From the NCBI GenBank assembly GCA_000091205.1, contig AP006500.2: a stretch of 64,000 nt of DNA; one strand, 5' to 3'. Below are positions 10,480 through 20,278 of the stretch, piece by piece (positions within the stretch are counted from its first letter, which is position 1; each line of letters starts with the position of its first letter). The translations under genes and the position numbers were made by a program. A model generated the notes under the pieces. The model saw only the letters and a program-made list of their open reading frames with translations, was not told the DNA's origin and ran no database searches. This DNA comes from Cyanidioschyzon merolae (lineage: Eukaryota).

Positions 10480-10870
10480 GTCAGCGCCTATGCTCAGTGG
10501 TTCGATCCTGTCCAAGGCGCCTTCTCTGTTGTCGTATGCCATTTTGATGCTCACCGGTCAGTAGACGAATCGTTCGTATCCTTGACACAGCTCGTGGCAA
10601 AATCATTTTCGTACAAGTCGTTCTCTGTCTTCACCAGCTCTGAACTGCTGTGTTGGTGCGCAGCACGCGTGCTAACGAGAGCCGCAAAGCGCGTTTCGGC
10701 CCATGGGCATGCTTGCGACGAGAAAGATAACACAAGTTACTTGACGAATCGTAGATACGTACATAGAAAAGGCGAGTTGCGGATCCACCGATCTTCCACA
10801 GCGTCTGCGTTTCAAAAACAAAAGAGAACGGATGTGGGGTATAGCGGCCACATCCATGGCACCCTGCGGA
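10480..10870. repeat. Dispersed repeat family 2, copy 1 (about 390 bp, unclassified non-autonomous element)
   Basis: Shares colinear blocks with 32690-33060. These include tccaaggcgcc, gacgaatcgttcgtatcc versus gacgagtcgtccgcgttc, gctgagctgctaggttgcttcgctgctcg versus tctgaactgctgtgttggtgcgcagcacg, gcgcgtttcggccc, and gcgtctgcgtttcaaaaacaaaagagaacggat. Confidence 0.55.
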
Positions 10871-11638
10871 GTATCTGAAAAGCCGAAGGACAGGAAGACC
10901 AAGGAGCCACCAGACGAATACACGGAATATCCTCACGAGAAGCAGATAAGGAGGAATCAGGGATAGCGCTCGGAGCGGATCCATCAGTCCGAAAGCATTG
11001 TCAGGGACGCTTTCATGAAACACACGAACGGGGAGAATCCTCCCGAACACGAGGTATAGGACGCTATCAAGGGTCTCGTAGCTTCTCATACGAGCAAGGT
11101 TCACACCTAGCTTTCTGCGTTGCAGTGCACATTGGCAAGCAACTGGTCGTTGACATTCCGGACGCTGAAGTGCCGGTTGTTCATATTCACCTGGAATATT
11201 TCGATCAAAGTTTCGCCCGGCAACACAACGCATGCTGTGCATCGAGAAAGCAGGACGGCCTGATCGAAGGATTACATTCATGCTTGCACATATGCTTTCG
11301 CTTCAGCTGGAGCCACATTTCTTGAGACGGTTCAGCGCCATACTCATCCAAAGGTCTGCGGCTGCAGCTTCACTTGACGACCCGCAGGAGACTTCGCATC
11401 CAACAAGTGCTGCGTACTCGCGGAAAGCGTTCTCCAGATGCTCGCCCAAAACCCCCGATCGGTCATCGTTCTCATGAAAAGCCCCATTTCACGGTGTCGC
11501 CGACGCACACCAACCCTCTATCTATGCACGAGTCGTTCCAGTTGATGTTCTTCTTATCTGATGCTCGATGGACGCATCGCCCAGGGTGCTCGCTTGCACA
11601 GCTGACGAATGCACGCCGATGCACACCGACTATGAGTC

Positions 11639-13324
11639 TCAGGGTCTGCGGCAACCAGCGTCGCCGGCATCCACCATTTTATAGGGATTAAGGATACCCT
11701 TCGGATCCAGGAGCGCTTTGAAACGCCGCATGAGCTGTAGAACCTCTGGACGCTTACCCCGTTCAAGGAGGCGAGTTTTAAGCACCCCGATCCCATGCTC
11801 TGCACTCCCCGATCCGCCATGCTGCTGGACCACGTCGTATAGCCACGGCTCCAGCGTACTGCGCAGCATGTCCCGCGGGTGCTCGCTGGAAACGTTCAGA
11901 TGTAAATTGCCGTCGGCGACATGTCCCCAGCTAAAAGTCCTCGCATCGAGCTTGTGTTGACGCAATCGTTCGCGGACTGCCTCGACGGTTCCGTAGAACG
12001 ATGGAAGCGGCAAAGAGAGATCATACTTGAGGATACTAGGGCCGGATCGACGAACCAGTTCGGGTAGGGACTCGCGCAAGCCCCATAGGTGTGCACTCTG
12101 CGACAGGTCCTGGGCCATAATCACATCCACTCGCGGGTCGGCACGAGTCATGGCGTCGAGGTAGGTCTCGAGCGGCGACAACGCCCGATGCTCCGTATCA
12201 GCAGCGGTACCGCACTCGATCAGAACATAGAAAGCATGGCTCCCTTGCAGCGGGACCCCAAATCCATCCCCATGCGCCCGCAGGAGCGTCATCGCATCGT
12301 TGTCCATGAACTCAAAAGCGCACAAATGGGCATTCAATGAACGACGCGCTTCTCGGAGCCACCACCGCACCTGCTCGAAGGGTCCCGGGAGTCCTGCTAG
12401 GGCCACTTGTGTGCCTGTAGGTGCCGGCGAGCACGACAGCGTGGCCTTGGTAATGATGCCAAGCGTACCCTCCGCTCCGATAAAGAGATGCTTGAGATCG
12501 TAGCCGGTGTTGTCTTTGCGAACTTTCCTACCAACGCCGAGGTCCAGGATCGTGCCATCAGCGAGCACAGCCTCGAGGCCCAGCACAGTGCCGTGCAGGG
12601 AGCCGTAGCGAACGTATCGAGACCCACCCGCGTTGGTCGAGAGGTTGCCACCGATTTGGCAGCTGTCCTTGGCCCCGAGATCCAACGGAAAGCAGAATCC
12701 TCGTTCGCGGCAGTGCTGCTCGGCACGGCCCAGCGTGACGCCAGCTTCGACGGTAATCGTGCTGTGCTCTTCATCAAACTCAAGAATTCGGTTCATTCTC
12801 GAGAGTGAGAGGATAATCTCGTCAAATACAGGGACAGAGCCTCCCACGAGCCCAGTATTGCCGCCCTGCGGTGTTACAGCCAGGTTCCGTTCGTGGCAGT
12901 ACGCGAGGATGCTCGCAACGCCTGCAACCGTGGACGGCCGGAGACAAAGACTTGCGTTTCCATGAAACTCGCCCGTCCAGTCCGTGTTGTAGCTCCGCAA
13001 CTGGTCTGGACTCGTAATGGACACAGTAGCGGCTGTAGCAGGTGTCGTTGGTGGAGGTTGCGGCTCAGCAGAGCGCGCCAGCTCTACCAGTGTCGCGATA
13101 TCCTTCTCAGTGAGTTTCGCGTAGTTGCCCTGCAGTTCCCTGATAAATTTTGTTCCTGTGTTATGGGGCCTTCTGAACAGCCCAAACTGTCCAAAAGTGA
13201 GCGTCGTCCTCAGCACGTCCACCGGACTGGTGCTTCTGTTGCCGCCACCAAAAGTTCGAACCGGTCCTAAAGTAGGCTTGTCCAGCACGCTCCGGACACG
13301 GTGGAGCAGAAACTGCGTTAGCAT
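11639..13324 (-). CDS. FAD-linked oxidase, D-lactate dehydrogenase / D-2-hydroxyglutarate dehydrogenase family (mitochondrial type)
   Basis: A 561-aa ORF with an FAD-binding PCMH domain (VTPQGGNTGLVGGSVPVFDEIILSLSRMNRILEFD) and a C-terminal GGSGSAEHGIGVLK motif. The ATG was verified at 13322-13324. Confidence 0.8.
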   Translation of the reverse strand: MLTQFLLHRVRSVLDKPTLGPVRTFGGGNRSTSPVDVLRTTLTFGQFGLFRRPHNTGTKFIRELQGNYAKLTEKDIATLVELARSAEPQPPPTTPATAATVSITSPDQLRSYNTDWTGEFHGNASLCLRPSTVAGVASILAYCHERNLAVTPQGGNTGLVGGSVPVFDEIILSLSRMNRILEFDEEHSTITVEAGVTLGRAEQHCRERGFCFPLDLGAKDSCQIGGNLSTNAGGSRYVRYGSLHGTVLGLEAVLADGTILDLGVGRKVRKDNTGYDLKHLFIGAEGTLGIITKATLSCSPAPTGTQVALAGLPGPFEQVRWWLREARRSLNAHLCAFEFMDNDAMTLLRAHGDGFGVPLQGSHAFYVLIECGTAADTEHRALSPLETYLDAMTRADPRVDVIMAQDLSQSAHLWGLRESLPELVRRSGPSILKYDLSLPLPSFYGTVEAVRERLRQHKLDARTFSWGHVADGNLHLNVSSEHPRDMLRSTLEPWLYDVVQQHGGSGSAEHGIGVLKTRLLERGKRPEVLQLMRRFKALLDPKGILNPYKMVDAGDAGCRRP

Positions 13325-14027
13325 GACTGGAGTAGTGGAGCGGCGGGAGTGAGGCCTCTCCAGAGGTCACCGCTTACCGCAGCCAACCGCGAGGTGCCAG
13401 CATGAACGTCGGCTGCTCAAAAGCTCCGATGTGGCGTTTCCGAACGCGAACGTGCTCCTGTTGGCGTTTTGGTCACCGCTGCACTACGCGCCAGACTAAG
13501 TACACAGCAGTTGCAGACAAGTTGTGCTTGGGAGTCTCCCCGGGTGCGAAGCCTATCGAGCAGATATCCTCGAGGAAAGCCGCCGTCTCTGGAGCCAAAC
13601 TCGGGTGTTTTCGCGCTCTGCGTTCGTGCGGTACGTTCGCAGGCTTGACCAAGGCCTGAAGCTCAGCACATGTGGCGGGTTTGGGGTCTTGCGAGCACAG
13701 AGCCCAGCCGAGTTACGCGCCTCCCGCCGTGGGATGCATTCCATGCCGTCGAGTTCCCGACAAGGGCACGATCTTCACCAAGTCTCATATCAGTCTGCTA
13801 TGCAATGATGCATTTGCAGTCGATCTTTTGAAAAAGAGCCGCACTCGTGACGCAGGATCATCTTCTAAACCGGAAATCCGATCGAATAAGAATACCAGAA
13901 AGGAAGCAGCGCTGAATCAGACAACAGCGAAAACTCTTGTCTATGCTGCTGTTACGCGTCCCTGGCGTCCGTACGAGTTGCAATCAAGGAATATTGGCCG
14001 AGGGTGCTGGCACCCAGAAGCGTTCGT

Positions 14028-14396
14028 CTAGGCAGTAGCTTCCATAGCGCGGTAACTTGCGGCATTCATGCTTCCACAGGGCCTAAGTTCGCGTCCGCGA
14101 TCCCACACAATGGACAAGTGAACTCCGCCGGGTGTGTCCTGCACCTCCGCCATCGACTGGGTTCGCTCAACGCATCCCCGGGGATTCGAGTTTGTGTATT
14201 GCTTCGGGTTTTCTTCATTGTAGATATCTAGGCTCAACGTCCCTTGCCTCATTTTCCGGGATGCTCGACAGTGGTGGGTATCCGAGGCATCCACCAGTGC
14301 CCCGCTCCAAATATGACGAGGCCCGTCTCGTTTCGGACAGGCCTTCTTAATGGCTTCCAACTGAATTGTGTTATACCCCCAGGTGCGCGTCATCAA
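14028..14396 (-). CDS. Small hypothetical ORF (122 aa) with a weak MsrB/Mss4-like C-terminal resemblance
   Basis: The segment GGVHLSIVWDRGRELRPCGSMNAASY loosely resembles MsrB GGHLGHVFDDGP...RYCINSAAL. Its 5' end abuts Fanzor-derived copy B. Confidence 0.25.
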   Translation of the reverse strand: MMTRTWGYNTIQLEAIKKACPKRDGPRHIWSGALVDASDTHHCRASRKMRQGTLSLDIYNEENPKQYTNSNPRGCVERTQSMAEVQDTPGGVHLSIVWDRGRELRPCGSMNAASYRAMEATA

Positions 14397-14907
14397 GTGC
14401 TTTTTTTCGCGGTTTACAGCAGAAGCGTTCCAAGTGTGTTTATTTTCAAAAAAAAAATCGAGGGCATGTTATGGACATGCAAGTCAGGGATCCTGGTGGG
14501 CCTCTATCGCTGGGTGCCGGAGAAAAACAAGAAAATCCTCATGTGATCGAGCGTCGAGCGAAGAAGAGCAGCTGGCGGAGAATCAGAAAAAGAATACTAG
14601 GGGCGATAAGCGAGATACGGTTTTCACCCGGCTGTACGATGACGAGACTCTTGCCGTACAGCGGGCACGAGTTGCAGTGATCTTTGTACTGGTTCCATCA
14701 ACCAGTTGCAATAGAATCGCGGAGTTCGTGAACCGAGATTCCATCGCCGTCATGGTTGTCAGCCGATTTACGTTGCTGAAGAGGAGACCCGCGGCGCTCA
14801 CGCGAGCCAACTTGTGGGTCAGCCTCCCCGGCTCGGAGTGTACAAGGAGAAACAGAGCCCGATAGCAGTCAGCCGGTCAAAAACGGCTGGGAGGCGTCTC
14901 CTTCCGG
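14349..14907 (+). mobile_element. Non-autonomous internally deleted Fanzor-family element (copy B)
   Basis: The 5' end actgaattgtg...tcaagtgctttttttcgcgg and the ORF start ATGGACATGCAAGTCAGGGATCCTGGTGGGCC match copy A. A remnant EFVNRDSIAV is followed by the 3' module gatagcagtcagccggtcaaaaacggctgggaggcgtctcc. Confidence 0.65.
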
Positions 14908-16862
14908 GTATTAAGTTTCGCTCCATGGTCTTGAAACGTCTATGGCTTTGCGGACTATCTAACTCGCCGGAAAATCGGGCTGTGCTGCAGTAGTATTTCA
15001 GCGCTTCCCTGTGGTTTCCTCTGTTGCTTCGTTTTCGTTCTCTTTGATGCAGAGTCAAGGAGACCGAACGAGTGCCCTTGAATTCAGGATCAAAGGAAAA
15101 ACGTGGTATCGCGTTGACAAGGTTTCAACTGATGACTCGAACAACCCGACGAATGTTTGCTGTGTCGAACATCGCGAAACGATTGGGTATCGTGCCAACG
15201 TGTCTTCCTGGTGCATCCATGTCGTATTTAAATACAACATTGAACTGCTCGCACTGGCCCTGCTTTTCGATCTTATTCCAGAACTTGTCTAGATATACAG
15301 CGTCGACATTCGGTGTGGGACCATAGCGCCGTCCGGATTCATATATGGATTTAGAGTTCTCGGTTGTGATTTGGGATAGGCTTCATTGTCGCCTTGGCAC
15401 TGGAATGCTTAACTTCACCGGATTCAGGATGATTCGCAACATCCCTGACCAAGGATGCGTAAAATAATCGATACCATTATCCACTGCATATGTACAAGAG
15501 TACACGCTTCTCATTTCCTAAGGTGTAGCACGCTCAACTCTAGCATTTTTCAAATTCCGATTTTCTGTTTCAGCGACACTCGAGAGCGCAGCAATGCGTT
15601 CCGCTTCATTGGCGATGCGGGAGACTCGACGTCGCCGCTTGGGGACCTGTTCACAAGCTCATGCCTAACGTTCACTGAGCATGTAACCTCAAACAATTAC
15701 TTCTGATCGAAGAGGCAAATCGTTCTGTCGTTGAGGCCACTGACGAAACCGTATTCGACGGCATCGTCATGTCTCCCGCGGAATATGTCCCCAGAAGCTC
15801 CTCTTGCCTTCTGTTTCTTTCTGTAGGGAAGTATCATGGACTCGGGCTTGAGTCATCAGAGCAATGGCTTCCGGTGAGGCGTGCGTCATCGCCTTGCGCA
15901 AAGGCAGCATGGACGGATCGGAAATTCTCGACTCGGTCTCCAGCAAGAATTCGCCTTCCGGTACTTGTTTGATCGTAGACAGCATCGCGTTGAACAAATC
16001 GTGTATCGAATGCGACAACGTGTGTTTGCTCGTGCCGCGTCCAGGAAACGCTCCGAGCGGATCACCCAGACAAAGTCCAGTATCGTATTCTACGGCACCG
16101 GGCCCCGAAACGGAGGTTTGGATCCAAGAGAGCCCTCTCCATCTATGAAAAGCACGTACCGAGCGCGATGAATCAAGCGTTCATGCGCGGCAGAGTAGTT
16201 CCCAGAAAAAAAAAGCATATAGAAGGTGGACGTACGCGAACATCTACCCACAGTCAAGTGTCATCGATACGAATCGCGCGCCGAGGCGGTGTACAAAGGA
16301 AACAAAAAGCCCACGCGATGTATCGATCGTAACTTTTCCCGCTGCATGGAATGCGTCGATTAAAGCCGGAAGCAGCAAAGTCGGAATTCAAACGCTGCGA
16401 TCAACATCCTTAGACTGCTTACAGACGATCTCGAGGGAAAGGAGAAACCGTCGAACGTAAACCTAGAAATAAAACATAGGAAATACAGCTTTCGCAGAGC
16501 AATCCTTCAAAGGCTGGTGTTGATAACAACGGGAAGAAGCTCCAGTTTATTGTGTACATTCGAGTTCATGAAATGAACCCGTTCCATTTTATGCCGACAT
16601 TCCTGGAGCGGCACGACAGGCAACGCAACGACCTGCCGGCTGGCGACGCGTAGACCGTGGCGCCACCCCGTGTCCCGCACCGCACGGCACCGCACAGCAA
16701 CGCGCTCTTCAAGCGTACGCTCTCTGAACGCCGGGTGTGTCGTCAACGACGAACGCCCCTGAGCCGAAACCCTGTGAGTCCTTCACAAGAGTCTGGTGTT
16801 TCTAAATTGCTGTGAGCGCGTGCGGTGGGGTTTTCTTGGCCTGCTTTTGGATCGAAACTCGA

Positions 16863-17555
16863 ATGAGCACAACGGGGTCAGCTGCACCCGCGGAAGGTCC
16901 GGATAACGACACCGGAACAAGCACCCACGGACACGAACAGGAGAGGTAGGTTTGGCTTTTCGAGCTGACGTGCAGCGACCTGAATCAGAACGTGTTGCAT
17001 TGGTCGAGTCTGCGTCGACTCGGGGTGAAGAGAACGCGAACTAACCACGCCGCTGGGACTCGAGGTTTCCAGGTATTTGCCGATCGCCAATATTAGCCGA
17101 TGTATGAAGGGCGCTTTGCCAGAGTCCTCCAAAGTTTCGCGAGAAGCAAAGGAGCTCGTTCAGGAAGCAACCAGTGAGTTCATATCGTTCATAACTTCTG
17201 AGAGTAGCGACAAGTGTATGCGGGAGAGGCGAAAGACGATCTGTGGGGGTAGGTTTTGTGCACGACAGCCGGTGCGTCAGACACGAGCACCACCGGGTGC
17301 GTGCTATCGGACAGGAGACTAACCATTTGCTTTTTTTGCGGCCTTGTCACAGAGGACATTCTCTACGCCATGCGTACGTTAGGTTTCGAAGAATATATTC
17401 CACCGTTAATGGCATACCTTGAGAGATACAGGACCCTCGAGCAGTCCAGGCGAAACGAAAAGCAAGCGCCTGGTACCTCAGAGGGAACCGACGGGGAAGA
17501 TAGCGAGTCGGATGGCGGCGGGATCGATGACTCTGCCAAAGACGATACGTCATGA
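16863..17555 (+). CDS. NF-YB/HAP3-type histone-fold transcription factor subunit (multi-exon, 5' exon uncertain)
   Basis: The protein reads [59 protein letters not shown], then [27 protein letters not shown]. An intron runs 17249-17352 with GTAGGT donor and CAG acceptor. A possible upstream exon starts at ATG 16863 with a donor at 16945. Confidence 0.7.
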
Positions 17556-18052
17556 CTCGTTGCCGTTGTATTTGCCATTGAGTATGCAGTGAAATCAACG
17601 GTCGCCACCATCGCCACTGCGGCTGACGAAGACGATACCAGCACGAAAGAGTTTTCGCGACCTGCAGAGAGCCATGCGCAGCTGCAGCGCCGCTGGTGGC
17701 GGCGATCGTTCGAAGACAACGACAACGATGATGATGATGGTGATGATGAAGCGCAGGCCTAGGTGGCATACTCAGCAACCAGTACCTGATCGTTTAGGGG
17801 CCATCCTGGATGCGATGAACCGACATCCACCGATTTGGTTTCGCAGATCACCTGGTACCGTCTAAACCACGACAGCACATGAAATGAACCTTGTCTTCGC
17901 CAGTCCCCCGGACGTACCGAACAGCAAGCGATCACACACAGCCAGGTATCGATGATGGCTGTGCGGGTGCCCGCGTGCCCCCTGCATCTTTAGTCGATAA
18001 TCTGGATCGGCGCGGTGCCCAAGTAGACTGAGGCCCCACGTACTTATTCAGA

Positions 18053-18979
18053 TTGGCTCAGTCTGCTCTTTTTACGACATTCCCTCGATACCTTCTACCG
18101 CATCATGACTTCAAGTCCGGTCTTGAATACCAGCAAACCGCCGATGCCTCGAAACGAAACTGGCATAGAGGCCGACTGCGAACGCCGACGGCCGGCCCCA
18201 ATGCCGCGCTGCGCTCGACTACCGGTTTGCATCGAGTGCCTGACTCGAGTACGCTTTCATGCGTCGCTCGGATCGAACGGTTCGGGAGCACGGGGTCTTC
18301 CATGGCTTTCATTGCTGGAACGCTCCCATTTGGTCGTGAAGTGCTGAATGCGGGCACTCAGACCTCCGCGGCTTGCTGGTGTCACTCGAGCGGTGACCGC
18401 TCGCGGTCGAGACGGAGCAGCGCACTAGTCGCTCGGTGCGCCGCCTCGGGGCAGACCTTCACGCGAAGGCGTTTCTGCCGAGACTTTGCCTTCGCTTCCC
18501 TGAGCCTGATTTCCGTTCTAGGAAGTTCACGCTGTCAGGTAGCGAGTGCAGCAACTGCGCCAGAGGCTGCACTCGTACAAGTCTGCAGGGCCTACGACGC
18601 GTTGGACGAGCTTGTGAGGCTCATCGAGCAGTCCCAAGACACTCGCAGCCTGCGCCAAACGATTCGCATCATCGTCAAGCAGAGCAACTTGAAGCAGAGT
18701 ATCAAGTCCGCCGCAAACGGCCGACTGCCAGCGGGACCTATTCGCGATGCCGCATTACGCGAAGGACTCGATGCTCTCGAGTACCTGAGTCAGGTGACCG
18801 CGTACTACAACCCCGTTTCAAAAGTGCCGACCCTCGAAATGCGTTCTTTTGCGATCGAGTCCGTGAAAGCTGCAAAGCAGCGTTTACAGGCGTATCTGGA
18901 TGCGTTCCCACCGGATGAAGTGGAGCGCGCCCGACGGACGGTTTTTGTTCAAGACGTTGCAGCGTACGAATCTATGTGA
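18053..18979 (+). CDS. Hypothetical protein (308-aa ORF, S/R-rich N-terminus)
   Basis: A long ORF with no recognisable motif. Its coding status rests on length only. Confidence 0.3.
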   Translation: MAQSALFTTFPRYLLPHHDFKSGLEYQQTADASKRNWHRGRLRTPTAGPNAALRSTTGLHRVPDSSTLSCVARIERFGSTGSSMAFIAGTLPFGREVLNAGTQTSAACWCHSSGDRSRSRRSSALVARCAASGQTFTRRRFCRDFAFASLSLISVLGSSRCQVASAATAPEAALVQVCRAYDALDELVRLIEQSQDTRSLRQTIRIIVKQSNLKQSIKSAANGRLPAGPIRDAALREGLDALEYLSQVTAYYNPVSKVPTLEMRSFAIESVKAAKQRLQAYLDAFPPDEVERARRTVFVQDVAAYESM

Positions 18980-20278
18980 GTGCATACTTGAGACGCTCGG
19001 AGGAAAGGTCGCAAAATTCCGTTGGTGCTTCAACATGAAGCTGAAGCGCTCGCGGCATAGCACATGGATGCATCTGACCTTTATCGAGCTTGCGCACATC
19101 CGGAAGGTCGCCAAAGTTGCACGGCGCTTCGAAATGAACCTGCAGGAGCCGCGGCTCATGAGACGCGAGTACCCATTCGACTCGAGACGTTTAATGTGGA
19201 TCTTGCCGGGCAAGCGCGTCTCCATATAATGCACGCGTCGATGCTCGGCCAGAGGACGCATCGGAAGTCGGACCCAGGGTCGCGCTTTGGAGCGATGGTC
19301 GCGCATTCGGCTGGACCCGTGGATGGAGCGCCCGTGGCGTTCGTATCCCAGTAACATGGATCATTGCATATGATCTATTGTGTGCACAAGTAGTCCACCA
19401 CCAAGATGCTCCCACGATCCGACACACGGTACAATAAGGCAGTCCGTGAGCACGCCGAATGCAGTGCTTCTCAAAAAGCATCGAACGATGTCATGGTGTC
19501 CACCGATAGTGAACACGACAATAACGCCCATGGACGGAACTCAACGACGCACGCTCGACATCTTTGTCGAACGCTGCTTCCGTGCATCCGACAGAGAAAA
19601 GCACACAACGCTAGTCTCGCCCAGTTGCTTCCTTTTGGCATTTCAGTCGATGGCAGCAGCGAAGCAAGCGGCAATACGCTCGCGCACACCCTCACGCGAT
19701 CATATGCTCCAACAGCGCTGGAGGCCTGCCCATGGTGCATAGTGCTCCCCTCGATCCATCTGTGCGTAATTCGAGACTCGCATAAACGCACGCACCAAAT
19801 TTGCCTACTATCGCCGATTCGTGACTGCAACAGCATCCACCATCCGAATCGGGAGCCTGACACGGTCGTCTCTGTTGCACACGTCGGAGGACACGTCGGT
19901 GCGCACGCACGCACGCACGCACCGGCACGCACCGGCACGCAGGCATCGATCTCGAGGCACGCGCACCGCACGCAGCAGGCGCAGGGCAATATAGTCATAG
20001 ACATAACAGCACACTAAGATCTATTATAGTATAATGCAGTACATCGCATCGCTATCCACAGATGCGCAACGGATGGTGCACCGATGCAGCGGCGCGCCGC
20101 CGTCGACGCGCAAGAGTGCCACGACACGCGTTTCTCACCCAACTCGGGTGGTGCTTTCGGTAGAGCACCAAATTTGGCCGCAGCAGCTGCGATCCAAAGC
20201 ACGCCCCGGCACCGCAGGTTGAGCCACGTGCGGATCGCCTTAGTACCTAGAAGTTTTTGTTTTTTGGACGAGGTATGG

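Noticed and set aside
10480-10530. tRNA gene or tRNA-derived SINE head (gctcagtggttcgatcc resembles D-loop plus T-loop/B-box)
   Set aside because: The A-box-like and B-box-like segments are immediately adjacent with no anticodon arm. No cloverleaf can be drawn, and the second copy of the repeat lacks the motif.
12407-12808. Long ORFs antisense to or overlapping annotated genes (for example 12407-12808, 12893-13270, 7651-8022, 8076-8519, 45393-46205, 35253-35702, 30466-31068)
   Set aside because: They have no motifs. They lie opposite or out of frame of genes with clear homology. High GC suppresses stop codons, so these are shadow ORFs.
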